Origin: a virus
DNA length: 64,000 bases
Virus record (IMG/VR): IMGVR_UViG_3300045988_112022
Direction: 5' to 3' (one strand)
How positions within the stretch are numbered: position 1 is the stretch's first letter; each line of letters begins with the position of its first letter. Of this stretch, positions 1-8,110 are shown piece by piece. Under the pieces are notes generated by a model. That model searched no databases. It was not told the origin of the DNA and was given only the letters and a program-made list of their open reading frames with translations. A program made the position numbers and the translations under genes.

Positions 1-170
1 ACGTTTGCCATTAGAAACCCTTGAGTTTACTGGATTGTTTGTTTCCACAGCAACAACATAAAATGATTGAGAAAGCAGAGAAATCCAGTATTTATTGGGT
101 TTTAGAGGTATTTGATAGTTGTAAGATTCGAAGAAATGGGTGTTATTCATATTTTATTCGTATCCCATCG

Positions 171-318
171 TTCCTACATCATACCAAAAATGTATGAATA
201 GGAATTCCTACATGTGATCGAATAATACGTGAAGTTAGATCGGATTATTCCTACATCTGCTCCTATATTCATCAAAGCTTAATTTCCTTGCGAATTCCAA
301 GAGTATTAAGTGTAGGAA
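171..318. promoter_or_regulatory. Cluster of four (A/T)TTCCTACA(T/C) sites: direct at 171-178, 205-212 and 248-255, inverted at 311-318. Candidate integrase arm sites, operators or attP arm
   Basis: Exact 8-mer TTCCTACA three times plus its reverse complement TGTAGGAA, in the ORF-free stretch downstream of int. Confidence 0.4.
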
Positions 319-347
319 TTAATTATTCGTATAGCTTTGTTTACATA

Positions 348-1598
348 CTATTTTATTTTTTCAATCTCTTCGGCGAGCCATGAGATTTCTCTTCGTGTAT
401 ATACCCGTTCCGTAACATCTGAGATATTATGACCAACCATATATTTGATAGCATATTCATCTACGTTCGCAGCCTTAGCCATAGTCACAAATTGCACACG
501 TCCGTCATGGGGTTTATGTTCGATATTTAATTCAAGAGAATCTTTGATTTTCGTAAAAGCTGCCTGATATCTTGGGTATGTAAGTTGAACCAAATCTCCT
601 TTTATATTTTTGTAATTGAATAAATATTTACTATTACCCAATATAGCCTCATCATATCGTCTTCGAACAAGATCACGGATGCGACTGTGAATCGGAACTA
701 ATCTGTTTTTTCCAGCGATCGTTTTAATACCACCACTAAAAGTCCAATTATCCAAATCGACATTCTTGATTTCTATAAGTCCCAATTCTTTAGGACGCCA
801 CCCGGAATAACATTGAATCAATACTAAATCAGCATAATCTGTAGTCTCAAAATTATTCCAAAGCTTCTGCATTTCTTCATCAGTGAACGCAATATGATGT
901 TGTTCTGCTTCTTTTGCATCATGTTGAATAGTAGGCATTAATTTAGTATCACGAGCATAATTCCTATCAACAAGATCGTATTGTAAGGCATAGTCAAACA
1001 TCGCGTTCAATAGTGATTTTATACGTCTTTTAGTATTCGGAGTAGCTTTTTTCTCAATTCCCAATGAGCTGATAGAACCATTCTCCACACATCCTAAAAT
1101 ATGTCGCGATCGAACATCTCTAACTTTCATATCTTTGATGCTCCAGCAATAGGGCCATGCGTATGCACAGCTCCGCAAGGAAGCCTCTTTATTACCTGAC
1201 TGAATGTAGTAATCTTTCCATTTCTCATATAATTCACTCATAGTTATGGAATCGTCCAAATCATATGGGTTCCGATTATATTCCACAAGCGCTGCATAAG
1301 CATCGTTATAGTTTTCAAAGAATGCTTCCGGTTTGAGCAGCTTGCATATAGGTTTACCCTTTGGAGTCTTTCCTACAGTCACCATAGCTCTGAATGGTTT
1401 CCGGAGATTACGTCCTTTAAGCTCACTTATTTGGCCGAACCCATTAGGTAATCGGCGTCTCTTACGTGTGGATTTTCTTACAGGCTTAGGCTGTTCCTTC
1501 AGTGGATACCCGCAATGAGGACACGCGAAGGCCCGATCGCTAACCTGTAAATCGCATTCTGGACATTTGATCAACATATCGTTACCAATCCTTTCCAT
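348..1598 (-). CDS. int: Tyrosine recombinase / phage integrase with N-terminal zinc ribbon
   Basis: 416-aa ORF. N-terminus has CPECD..CPHCG zinc ribbon and an AP2-like arm-binding region (LPNGFGQI..FRAMV). C-terminus has HKPHDGR (HxxR), VGH and YTRRE catalytic-Tyr context. Confidence 0.9.
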   Translation of the reverse strand: MERIGNDMLIKCPECDLQVSDRAFACPHCGYPLKEQPKPVRKSTRKRRRLPNGFGQISELKGRNLRKPFRAMVTVGKTPKGKPICKLLKPEAFFENYNDAYAALVEYNRNPYDLDDSITMSELYEKWKDYYIQSGNKEASLRSCAYAWPYCWSIKDMKVRDVRSRHILGCVENGSISSLGIEKKATPNTKRRIKSLLNAMFDYALQYDLVDRNYARDTKLMPTIQHDAKEAEQHHIAFTDEEMQKLWNNFETTDYADLVLIQCYSGWRPKELGLIEIKNVDLDNWTFSGGIKTIAGKNRLVPIHSRIRDLVRRRYDEAILGNSKYLFNYKNIKGDLVQLTYPRYQAAFTKIKDSLELNIEHKPHDGRVQFVTMAKAANVDEYAIKYMVGHNISDVTERVYTRREISWLAEEIEKIK

Positions 1599-1630
1599 TG
1601 TATTTTCACTTTATATTATATATCATACGG

Positions 1631-1653
1631 TGTAGGAATAGTCAAATCCTACA
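1631..1653. promoter_or_regulatory. Two further copies of the TCCTACA motif (TGTAGGAA 1631-1638, TCCTACA 1647-1653) in the int / 1676 divergent intergenic region
   Basis: Inverted pair GTGTAGGAATAGTCAAATCCTACAT between divergently transcribed genes. Confidence 0.4.
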
Positions 1654-1675
1654 TTATATTTTTACGGAGGTTTAT

Positions 1676-2005
1676 ATGACATATGATAATGGGCCTATCT
1701 GTCCACATTGTGGAGGACAGACACACTATTATGACAAAGCCAAAAGGATAGTAAAGGGTAAATACGGGGAATCCAAGAAAATCTATGTGTATAGATACAG
1801 ATGCTCTCAATGCGGTGAAATACACCGAGTCATACCGGACACATTAATACCTTTCAAACATTACGAAAAAGAGGTCATACAAGGCGTGATAGAAGGAACG
1901 ATTACTCCTGAAACACTGGGCTTTGAAGACTACCCAAGTGAAATGACCATGCATCGATGGAGAAAAGATAGCAGTAAAAACATTTTCATGTGTTTCGCAT
2001 CATAA
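1676..2005 (+). CDS. Zinc-ribbon protein with two CxxC pairs (DUF6431-like)
   Basis: ATG 1676 lies 7 nt after GGAGG. CPHCGG...CSQCGE followed by IPDTLIPFKHY. The upstream part of the tracked ORF lacks an RBS. Confidence 0.6.
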   Translation: MTYDNGPICPHCGGQTHYYDKAKRIVKGKYGESKKIYVYRYRCSQCGEIHRVIPDTLIPFKHYEKEVIQGVIEGTITPETLGFEDYPSEMTMHRWRKDSSKNIFMCFAS

Positions 2006-2089
2006 GATTAAAAGGTTATATTTTCCACTGACTTTGTTTTAACAAATAGACGCCATTAGCCTACAATAATCGTGAAAGGAGGGAAAACA

Positions 2090-2362
2090 TTGGACGAAGT
2101 AATATTTGGACCTGGATCAGTGCCAGTAGCAGTAGCAGCACGGGTGTTTGGTAAAGATGCCTGCTGGGTTCGTGCGGGTATCATTACCGGTTATCTAAAC
2201 ATAGGTACCGCCACCAGGAATGGGAAAGTAATAACATCTATAGACCAGATGAATAGTAAATTCGGTCGCATTAACTATTATATTTCCCCGAAGAAACTTT
2301 ATGAAGAAACAGGCTATATTTGGAAAGGACGAAGTAAACATGGGAACCACGATCAGACCTGA
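2090..2362 (+). CDS. Hypothetical protein, possible HTH / excisionase-like DNA binder
   Basis: AAAGGAGGG lies 6 nt before TTG 2090 (alternative GTG 2072). VAVAARVFGKDACWVRAGIITG resembles a helix-turn-helix. Confidence 0.45.
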   Translation: MDEVIFGPGSVPVAVAARVFGKDACWVRAGIITGYLNIGTATRNGKVITSIDQMNSKFGRINYYISPKKLYEETGYIWKGRSKHGNHDQT

Positions 2363-2759
2363 ATTGTCGGAGAAGAATCCATATTGGATAGAACGACATC
2401 GGTATTATGAACTCAAACATTTCTGCCTGCAGTATCCTATATGGAAGAAAACCTACGAAGCCATGAACGGATTGCTTGGAAGACCCGCTGATCTGGCATC
2501 CTTCGGTAAAATGAAGCATATCTCGAATCCGACCGAAAGAATTGCCACTATGAAAGCTTATTATTCCGAACGTATGGACATGATTCGTAAAGCTGCAGAG
2601 AAAGCAAATGGAGACTTAGCTGAATACATAGTGAGAGGAGTAACCGAGGGACTATCTTACGATGTGTTAAAAATCAAAATGGATATACCATGCTGTAAAG
2701 ATGTGTATTACGAAAGCTATAGGAAATTCTTCTGGATTCTGAATAAAATGAGAGATTAG
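2340..2759 (+). CDS. Hypothetical protein, possible phage transcription regulator (sigma/ArpU-like); function weakly supported
   Basis: ATG 2340 overlaps the end of the previous ORF. Roughly 140 aa with an ERHRYYELKHFCLQYPIWKK segment. Functional guess only. Confidence 0.5.
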   Translation: MGTTIRPELSEKNPYWIERHRYYELKHFCLQYPIWKKTYEAMNGLLGRPADLASFGKMKHISNPTERIATMKAYYSERMDMIRKAAEKANGDLAEYIVRGVTEGLSYDVLKIKMDIPCCKDVYYESYRKFFWILNKMRD

Positions 2760-2760
2760 T

Positions 2761-2788
2761 TTCGCGAGAAAAACAGCTTGTTTTATGA
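2761..2788 (+). promoter_or_regulatory. Conserved phage element copy (TTCGCG-N15-TTTATGA), putative promoter
   Basis: TTCGCGAGAAAAACAGCTTGTTTTATGA upstream of CDS 2815. Confidence 0.5.
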
Positions 2789-2814
2789 CAAAGAAAAAGA
2801 AAGGAGAATTACTT

Positions 2815-3018
2815 ATGAATTACGAACTTTTATTAGATGCAGTCAAAGAGGTGTCCAAGGACAAATTGAAGGAGATTAGCTTCAAACTTGATGATCAGAC
2901 CATCCAGGCAATTAAAGAGATGGATCTGAGCGAAGACGAGAAGCGACAGCTCATTCTGATGTCCAAGGACAGAGCCTTCTTTGACATGCTGCTGATAAAT
3001 GCACTCAAAGAAGAGTAA
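2815..3018 (+). CDS. Hypothetical small protein
   Basis: GAAAGGAG RBS before ATG 2815; 67 aa. Confidence 0.6.
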   Translation: MNYELLLDAVKEVSKDKLKEISFKLDDQTIQAIKEMDLSEDEKRQLILMSKDRAFFDMLLINALKEE

Positions 3019-3041
3019 CATCTTTCAGCTAAAGAAAGTAA

Positions 3042-3084
3042 GGGGACGGCTGTTAGCGGACAGCTATCCTCTTATTTTTCTTTT
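3042..3084. terminator. Bidirectional hairpin between convergent genes
   Basis: GGGGACGGCTGT-TAGCG-GACAGCTATCCTCT followed by a T-rich run; A-rich on the other side. Confidence 0.5.
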
Positions 3085-3259
3085 AACGATTAATAACCTT
3101 ACCAATCAGGTCTGCCATTTTCTCATGTGATGATCTACGATCGGCAATAGCTTCGTCAAGGGTGTTATTTCCATAGACTTCTTCTACCTGGTCGGCAGTC
3201 CAGATATCGCCGAATTCTTCCATGGTTTCGATAAAAGTGTTGATTTCTGTTTTTGTCAT
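3083..3259 (-). CDS. Hypothetical 58-aa protein (below the ORF-track cutoff)
   Basis: Minus-strand ATG preceded by AAAGGAG. Translates MTKTEINTFIETMEEFGDIW...GKVINR. Confidence 0.5.
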   Translation of the reverse strand: MTKTEINTFIETMEEFGDIWTADQVEEVYGNNTLDEAIADRRSSHEKMADLIGKVINR

Positions 3260-3321
3260 ATTATTGAAGCTCCTTTCATGATTTGGTTGGGATAACAGTA
3301 TACCACAAACCTAGATTAGCT

Positions 3322-3609
3322 TCAATCGTCAAATCTGTCGCAGGATGTCTTGCAATTCGGATATGGAGCGCCACATGAAACGCATCCTGATGGAATATCC
3401 GGTTCAGAATCGACGAGGATACAACCATCTACAAGATTGATATACGGACCGTTATCCTCATATTCTCCAATATCGTAGACTTTACCGCAGTTGGGACATA
3501 CGAATTGATCATCTTCTAAATTCATCAATGCGCCGCAATCACAAACTGCTTCGCCCTGGAGAATAAGCTGAATAATTTCATCTTCATTTTCTGTGAAATA
3601 TCCATTCAT
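3322..3609 (-). CDS. Cys-rich zinc-ribbon protein
   Basis: GAGGAGG RBS before the internal ATG (MNGYFTEN). CDCG..CPNCG and CVSCG..CKTSC motifs. Confidence 0.6.
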   Translation of the reverse strand: MNGYFTENEDEIIQLILQGEAVCDCGALMNLEDDQFVCPNCGKVYDIGEYEDNGPYINLVDGCILVDSEPDIPSGCVSCGAPYPNCKTSCDRFDD

Positions 3610-3641
3610 AATGGTGGACCTCCTCATATATTGGTCTAATA

Positions 3642-3670
3642 ATTATACACCGTAATTCGTGGAATTTACA
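3642..3670 (-). promoter_or_regulatory. SigmaA-type promoter for the minus-strand pair 3609-3083
   Basis: Minus strand reads TGTAAA-17 nt-TATAAT with a TG extended -10. Confidence 0.45.
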
Positions 3671-3683
3671 GTCACTTTAATGA
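3656..3683 (+). promoter_or_regulatory. Conserved phage element copy (variant TTCGTG-N15-TTAATGA)
   Basis: TTCGTGGAATTTACAGTCACTTTAATGA upstream of CDS 3712. Confidence 0.45.
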
Positions 3684-3711
3684 AAAAACTTATTTCAAAG
3701 GAGAGATTGAG

Positions 3712-3939
3712 ATGAATAGAATGAAATTCGAAGGACGTATGAACTATTTTATGTTAACTGCCATCAGATCGGCTAAGAATGAAGATGGATTGATATCCGA
3801 TCGAGATTTAAAAGCTATAGAACTGATGAAGGAACTTATTGGTTATGCGGAGGAATTGAACTACGAAATTGAAAAACTCAAGAAAGAAGTGAGCAATTTG
3901 AAAAGAGAAAACGAGAGAGCAGAGAAGATAGGGGCATAG
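3712..3939 (+). CDS. Hypothetical coiled-coil protein
   Basis: AAAGGAGAG RBS; 75 aa. Confidence 0.6.
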   Translation: MNRMKFEGRMNYFMLTAIRSAKNEDGLISDRDLKAIELMKELIGYAEELNYEIEKLKKEVSNLKRENERAEKIGA

Positions 3940-3956
3940 CCTCTGTCTTTTATTTT
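3926..3956 (+). terminator. Intrinsic terminator
   Basis: AGATAGGGGC-ATA-GCCTCTGTCT stem (with G-U pairs) then TTTATTTT. Confidence 0.5.
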
Positions 3957-3982
3957 CGCGTAGAAATCAGCCCCTTTTATGA
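3955..3982 (+). promoter_or_regulatory. Conserved phage element copy (TTCGCG-N15-TTTATGA)
   Basis: TTCGCGTAGAAATCAGCCCCTTTTATGA. Confidence 0.5.
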
Positions 3983-4014
3983 GAAGAAAACATATTTTGA
4001 AGGAGGTTTTTATT

Positions 4015-4209
4015 ATGTCAATTAAAGAGAGGAAAGAAATCACAAAGATGCTCGTGAAAGTAGAAGTGGTGATATTGATGATGATATTTACAATAATATT
4101 GTTACACACAATGCCACTTGCTGGAACCGCAATGTTTGTGGTCGACTGTATTTCTATTGGCTTATATGCCAAAGCAAAATCTGAAGAATACGAGGAAGAG
4201 TTCTATTAA
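4015..4209 (+). CDS. Small membrane protein
   Basis: GGAGG RBS before ATG 4015; one hydrophobic helix. Confidence 0.55.
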   Translation: MSIKERKEITKMLVKVEVVILMMIFTIILLHTMPLAGTAMFVVDCISIGLYAKAKSEEYEEEFY

Positions 4210-4447
4210 GAGCTCTTTCTTTTATTTTTATCCTAGATTAGACAAAGCGCTATTCTAGGTTAGAATCCGTACGCAGGTTACTGGAAACAAAGTTATATTT
4301 GTAATGTGAAAAATTCCCGGGGAGGGATTTTCATAAAAACAATTCAAAGGAGGGTACGACCGGTGGATGTATCATTTTTATTGGGAACAATTTTGGGAGC
4401 AGCATTAACCAATATCGTTTATGTGATCATATTGAGGAGGAAATAGT

Positions 4448-4672
4448 ATGGTATATTTAGTTTTTCTTGGCGGAGTGTTTATAGGTGCTATTATCACTTG
4501 CGTTATTCATCAGAAAACATCTGCACATGGATATTTTACCGTTACACCATATTCAGATGATGAGATTGCAGTTGATGAGGGATTCTATTCCGTGAAAGTA
4601 TCCTTGCCAAAAGATGTAAACCTCGTGAATAAAGGCAGGATTATCTTACATAATTCCAATTCGCACAAATAA
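4448..4672 (+). CDS. Small protein with N-terminal TM helix
   Basis: GAGGAGG RBS; MVYLVFLGGVFIGAIITCVI. Confidence 0.6.
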   Translation: MVYLVFLGGVFIGAIITCVIHQKTSAHGYFTVTPYSDDEIAVDEGFYSVKVSLPKDVNLVNKGRIILHNSNSHK

Positions 4673-4722
4673 CAGCTTCTTTTATGGAAACGTATTAATT
4701 TATTTTTAAGGAGGATTTCAAA

Positions 4723-5109
4723 ATGGAAACTATTGAAGAATTATTAAAAAATGAACTTGAAGTGGAACTCGAAGCTTTGGGTAAAACAAATCTTGGTTCG
4801 GATGATTATAAGGTAGCAGTTGATGGAATCACCAGGCTTATGGACAGACATATCGAGATTAGCAAGCTTAACGATGAATATGAACTTAAAAGAGATGCAC
4901 GAGAAATCGATACAGATCTTAAAGTTCAGCAGATGAAAGCAGATGCTAAGGATCGAAAAATCAAGTATGCCATAAGTATTGGTGAGACAGTCGTATCTAC
5001 TGCAGTAATTATCTGGGGCACTTTGAAATCATTCAAATTCGAGGAAAACGGAACAATTACTACAATAATGGGACGAGGTTTCATTAACAAACTTCTTCCG
5101 AAGAAGTAA
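4723..5109 (+). CDS. Hypothetical protein with C-terminal TM helix
   Basis: AAGGAGG RBS; 128 aa. Confidence 0.65.
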   Translation: METIEELLKNELEVELEALGKTNLGSDDYKVAVDGITRLMDRHIEISKLNDEYELKRDAREIDTDLKVQQMKADAKDRKIKYAISIGETVVSTAVIIWGTLKSFKFEENGTITTIMGRGFINKLLPKK

Positions 5110-5122
5110 AATACGGATAAGC

Positions 5123-5160
5123 AGGGACGCTGAGGAAACTTGGCGTCTTTGTTTTATTTT
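5123..5160 (+). terminator. Intrinsic terminator
   Basis: AGGGACGC...GCGTCTTT stem followed by GTTTTATTTT. Confidence 0.5.
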
Positions 5161-5161
5161 G

Positions 5162-5190
5162 TTTACACAATTATGTAGGAGTAGTATAAT
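5162..5190 (+). promoter_or_regulatory. Near-consensus sigmaA-type promoter with an embedded TCCTACAT-motif copy
   Basis: TTTACA-17 nt-TATAAT. The spacer contains ATGTAGGA (5173-5180), the reverse complement of the int-region motif. Confidence 0.55.
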
Positions 5191-5210
5191 TAATTGGTAC
5201 ATTCAACTCT

Positions 5211-6125
5211 ATGGGGGAAATACGAAAGATGAAAGAAAAATTGTTATCAAAGAAAATACTACCAGTTCTACTATGTGTGATACTCATCGCAGGCTCCGTA
5301 TGTTTCGGAACATTCATAGCAAGTAAGCCTAATACCTATAAGAAAACAATAGCCGAGCTTGATGAAAAATCCGCAGATGTTGCCAAAATGTCAGTCGCTA
5401 CATTGGGCATGTCTACTTTAATTGCAGCTGTTCCGGGAGACACAACCACTCCAATCGCTGATTATCTTGTAGATTTAAATTCATGGTTACTGATAATCAT
5501 GATGGTTTTGACGCTGGAAAAATATTTGCTGACAATAATCGGAAAAGCGGTATTTTGGCTCATAATACCTATAGGATTAGCTTTGATTGGGATAAGTATT
5601 CCTCCCAAAAGTCAATCATTAAAAATAAGAGGTTTTAACATTCTATTGGCTGGGCTTTTAGTATGGGCGATCGTCCCTACCGGAATGATGATATCCAGAG
5701 ATATTGAAAGAACATATAGTTTTTCAGTAAGCGATGTTGCTAATGAAACCGAGAATATTCAGAATAAAGCAGCGGAAATAGAAGAGAACGACGATTCTGA
5801 AGAGTCAGATGGCGAGGAGGACGAAAACATCATAAGCGGATTTATTTCGAAAGCCAAGGATGCCGTTGAAGATGTTATTATAAACCCGCTCGAAGAAAAA
5901 GTCGCTCAGGCCAAGAAAATGGTGAATACCGTGGTCAATGCGATCATCGTTTTGGTTATAACATCTTGTGTGATTCCATTGTTTACGTTAATTGCGTTCT
6001 TATTATTAATAAAAATAACATTGCATTTAGATCTACTTGGGGAAATAGATTCCGTACGGTTAGCGTTGGTTTCGGGACAGAAAAATGCACTCGGTAAAAT
6101 CAAAATAAAACACAAAAAATCTTAA
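5211..6125 (+). CDS. Multi-pass membrane protein with acidic central loop
   Basis: 304-aa ORF with several hydrophobic helices and an EENDDSEESDGEEDE loop. Alternative start ATG 5229. Confidence 0.7.
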   Translation: MGEIRKMKEKLLSKKILPVLLCVILIAGSVCFGTFIASKPNTYKKTIAELDEKSADVAKMSVATLGMSTLIAAVPGDTTTPIADYLVDLNSWLLIIMMVLTLEKYLLTIIGKAVFWLIIPIGLALIGISIPPKSQSLKIRGFNILLAGLLVWAIVPTGMMISRDIERTYSFSVSDVANETENIQNKAAEIEENDDSEESDGEEDENIISGFISKAKDAVEDVIINPLEEKVAQAKKMVNTVVNAIIVLVITSCVIPLFTLIAFLLLIKITLHLDLLGEIDSVRLALVSGQKNALGKIKIKHKKS

Positions 6126-6134
6126 AATTTACAT

Positions 6135-6173
6135 AAGAGCTTATATCAAAATGGTATAGGCTCTTTTTTTTTT
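6135..6173 (+). terminator. Intrinsic terminator
   Basis: AAGAGCTTATA...TATAGGCTCT stem followed by T10. Confidence 0.6.
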
Positions 6174-6175
6174 AA

Positions 6176-6203
6176 GTCGCTAAAATTACAAGCTCTTTAA
6201 TGA
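6176..6203 (+). promoter_or_regulatory. Conserved phage element copy (variant GTCGCT-N15-TTAATGA)
   Basis: GTCGCTAAAATTACAAGCTCTTTAATGA. Confidence 0.45.
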
Positions 6204-6227
6204 AAAAAATTGAAAGGAGAAACATCT

Positions 6228-6470
6228 ATGAATAACGAGAAAATTGTAAAACATATACATTGGGGAGCGAATAACAATTACCAAAATAACTATGTTATAG
6301 TTTTATGGAGTGATTATACGTGGGAACAGTTCAATCTTGGACCAGAGCCATATATCAAAGGTAAAACTATGAAACAGCATTATAATTTTGGTAAAGCAAT
6401 AACCAGTAAAATGACCAAAAACCAATTCATAGAATATTTGAATCAAAAGAAAGCAGAGATTGAGTCCTAA
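6228..6470 (+). CDS. Hypothetical protein
   Basis: GAAAGGAG RBS before ATG 6228. The C-terminal ..IES-stop is encoded by the 5' arm and loop of the conserved hairpin. Confidence 0.6.
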   Translation: MNNEKIVKHIHWGANNNYQNNYVIVLWSDYTWEQFNLGPEPYIKGKTMKQHYNFGKAITSKMTKNQFIEYLNQKKAEIES

Positions 6471-6492
6471 CAAGGGCTCTTTCTTTTTTTTT
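6462..6492 (+). terminator. Conserved hairpin terminator GAGTCC-TAACAA-GGGCTC + T-run
   Basis: 6-bp stem (one G-U pair), 6-nt loop containing the stop codon, then TTTCTTTTTTTTT. Confidence 0.55.
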
Positions 6493-6505
6493 CTAGGAAT
6501 AACCA

Positions 6506-6865
6506 ATGAGATATCATTACGAAAAACCGGATCACTATACATCAATGTACGGACGAACTTATATTTGTGATCATCTGGTATACAGTCATTGTACATTATA
6601 TAAAATCGGAGAAAAGGGTCTGGCTGTTATTCAGCAGCGTTATATTCCGGAAACAAAGTCAACATGTTGGACCGAAATTGATCCATGGCTGGTTGATGCT
6701 TTATATTTACATGAAGGTTTCAAAAAGTTCTTCGATGATCGTGCTGGAAAGTGCAACGATGGATTATATCCTACAACCAGTATCAGGCAGATTATGTGGG
6801 CTTTGAAGATGAAACCTTTGAAACGAGAACGCTGGGAAACCTGTTTCGATCGCCGGAGTATTTAG
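6506..6865 (+). CDS. Hypothetical protein
   Basis: 119-aa ORF; weak RBS. Confidence 0.55.
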   Translation: MRYHYEKPDHYTSMYGRTYICDHLVYSHCTLYKIGEKGLAVIQQRYIPETKSTCWTEIDPWLVDALYLHEGFKKFFDDRAGKCNDGLYPTTSIRQIMWALKMKPLKRERWETCFDRRSI

Positions 6866-6889
6866 CGAAAATTACATTCTGTATTATGA
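6862..6889 (+). promoter_or_regulatory. Conserved phage element copy (variant TTAGCG-N15-ATTATGA)
   Basis: TTAGCGAAAATTACATTCTGTATTATGA running into AAGGAG. Confidence 0.45.
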
Positions 6890-6904
6890 AAGGAGTGATT
6901 ATTT

Positions 6905-7156
6905 ATGCGAGAATTGAATAAAAATGCGTGGGTATTTGAAATGACCGTTGATGAATCATGCAAAAATATCGATGATATCGAGGATATTATTAGACAATCT
7001 AATGGTACTATTATAGGATTAAGAGGTAGAAACCATGTAATAGAGTTTCTGATAGTTCTCGATTTATTGGCCATGGATGATTTGATTACAGATATGGTAG
7101 TGCGATATCCAGGCAGAACAAGATTCAGAAAAGCAAAAGCAATAAGCTTCAAATGA
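6905..7156 (+). CDS. Hypothetical protein
   Basis: AAGGAG RBS; 83 aa. Confidence 0.6.
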   Translation: MRELNKNAWVFEMTVDESCKNIDDIEDIIRQSNGTIIGLRGRNHVIEFLIVLDLLAMDDLITDMVVRYPGRTRFRKAKAISFK

Positions 7157-7182
7157 GGGTCCTAACAAGGGCTCTTTCTTTT
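7157..7182 (+). terminator. Conserved hairpin terminator (GGGTCC-TAACAA-GGGCTC)
   Basis: Hairpin followed by TTTCTTTT, abutting the next TTCGCG box. Confidence 0.55.
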
Positions 7183-7208
7183 CGCGCGAATTACAGATGC
7201 TATTATGA
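7181..7208 (+). promoter_or_regulatory. Conserved phage element copy (TTCGCG-N15-ATTATGA)
   Basis: TTCGCGCGAATTACAGATGCTATTATGA followed by AAGGAG. The TTCGCGCGAA box is a perfect palindrome. Confidence 0.5.
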
Positions 7209-7222
7209 AAGGAGTGATTTAT

Positions 7223-7483
7223 ATGAGAAAAATCTACATTAGAACATCAGATATTTTTGATTACAAGGATGCGGAAAAACGGATGAAACATTTTGACTTC
7301 TGTCGTAAAAAAGCTTTGGAATGCGGTCTTATATGTCGTTCGCATATTGATGGCATGAACACTAGGCTTTTTATAGAGGGAAGAAAATCGAAAATGGTTA
7401 GATATTATTTAGCAACCATATTCAAAACTGGAGATGGAGCAAACGGTGTTAAACGTCTCATATCAATTATTTTTACTCATTAG
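7223..7483 (+). CDS. Hypothetical protein
   Basis: ATG 7223 lies 8 nt after AAGGAG. The upstream ATG 7205 is part of the conserved element. Confidence 0.6.
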   Translation: MRKIYIRTSDIFDYKDAEKRMKHFDFCRKKALECGLICRSHIDGMNTRLFIEGRKSKMVRYYLATIFKTGDGANGVKRLISIIFTH

Positions 7484-7491
7484 GGGGAAAA

Positions 7492-7517
7492 GAGCCCTAG
7501 TTAGGACTCTTTCTTTT
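7492..7517 (+). terminator. Conserved hairpin in inverted orientation (GAGCCC-TAGTTA-GGACTC)
   Basis: Its stem arms are the reverse complement of the GAGTCC/GGGCTC arms of the other copies; the TAGTTA loop inverts to TAACTA, one base off their TAACAA. Followed by TTTCTTTT. Confidence 0.5.
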
Positions 7518-7543
7518 CGCGCGAATCACAGGTGCTATTATGA
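7516..7543 (+). promoter_or_regulatory. Conserved phage element copy (TTCGCG-N15-ATTATGA)
   Basis: TTCGCGCGAATCACAGGTGCTATTATGA. Confidence 0.5.
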
Positions 7544-7572
7544 AAAGACTAATTTTATGGAGGTGCATATTT

Positions 7573-7773
7573 ATGAGCATTGTGACTAAAGTAGCAAAAA
7601 TGAGACTTAATTATCACGCAACTATGTTGGACATTTGCAATGTTGCTAATCAATTAGGAATATTGAAAGATGAGAAAGCGGAAGAGGTGATGAAAAAGCA
7701 CACATTTAAATGCTTTGACGCAATGGAACATATGGGATTGGATCCATATGGAGCAATGAAAGAAGAGTCCTAA
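7573..7773 (+). CDS. Hypothetical protein
   Basis: GGAGGTG RBS before ATG 7573; ends ..KEES-stop inside the conserved hairpin. Confidence 0.55.
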   Translation: MSIVTKVAKMRLNYHATMLDICNVANQLGILKDEKAEEVMKKHTFKCFDAMEHMGLDPYGAMKEES

Positions 7774-7792
7774 CCAGGGCTCTTTCTTTTTT
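7765..7792 (+). terminator. Conserved hairpin terminator (GAGTCC-TAACCA-GGGCTC)
   Basis: Hairpin followed by TTTCTTTTTT. Confidence 0.55.
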
Positions 7793-7818
7793 CGCGTTGA
7801 AAACAATTTCTCTAATGG
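7791..7818 (+). promoter_or_regulatory. Conserved phage element copy (TTCGCG-N15-CTAATGG)
   Basis: TTCGCGTTGAAAACAATTTCTCTAATGG. Confidence 0.5.
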
Positions 7819-7851
7819 AAAGATTACTAATTTCAAAGGAGGGATTACATT

Positions 7852-8019
7852 ATGATATTATTTACAATCTTATTCATCATATTGGTGGTATTAGCAATAT
7901 TGACAGTACTCGGCGTAGCAGCGTTGGGTGCTGCCGGAATTGTAGTATTCGGCGATGTGATTGTATGCGTTGTGATTATTGTATTAATAATCAAGCACTT
8001 TATTAAGAAAAGAAAGTAA
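7852..8019 (+). CDS. 55-aa hydrophobic membrane peptide (below the ORF-track cutoff)
   Basis: AAAGGAGGG RBS before ATG 7852. Translates MILFTILFIILVVLAILTVLGVAALGAAGIVVFGDVIVCVVIIVLIIKHFIKKRK. Confidence 0.55.
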   Translation: MILFTILFIILVVLAILTVLGVAALGAAGIVVFGDVIVCVVIIVLIIKHFIKKRK

Positions 8020-8034
8020 TTAGTAAGCGGAGTC

Positions 8035-8054
8035 AGCAATGGCTCTTGCTTTTT
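8035..8054 (+). terminator. Small hairpin terminator
   Basis: AGCAA-TGGCTC-TTGCT followed by TTTT. Confidence 0.4.
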
Positions 8055-8080
8055 CGCGTATCTTACAACTCCTATAATGA
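8053..8080 (+). promoter_or_regulatory. Conserved phage element copy (TTCGCG-N15-ATAATGA)
   Basis: TTCGCGTATCTTACAACTCCTATAATGA; contains TATAAT. Confidence 0.5.
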
Positions 8081-8110
8081 GAAAATTATATTTTAAAGGA
8101 GGAATTTACT

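Noticed and set aside
1-170. Host flank, att core or tRNA 3' end at the left edge
   Set aside because: There is no ORF, no tRNA-like structure and no repeat partner within the window. The other prophage end is not in view, so no att site can be supported.
7797-8006. 69-aa Cys-rich + strand ORF from the track
   Set aside because: It has no RBS. The overlapping frame starting at ATG 7852 has a perfect AAAGGAGGG RBS and encodes a clean hydrophobic peptide like its neighbours, so I annotated 7852-8019 instead.
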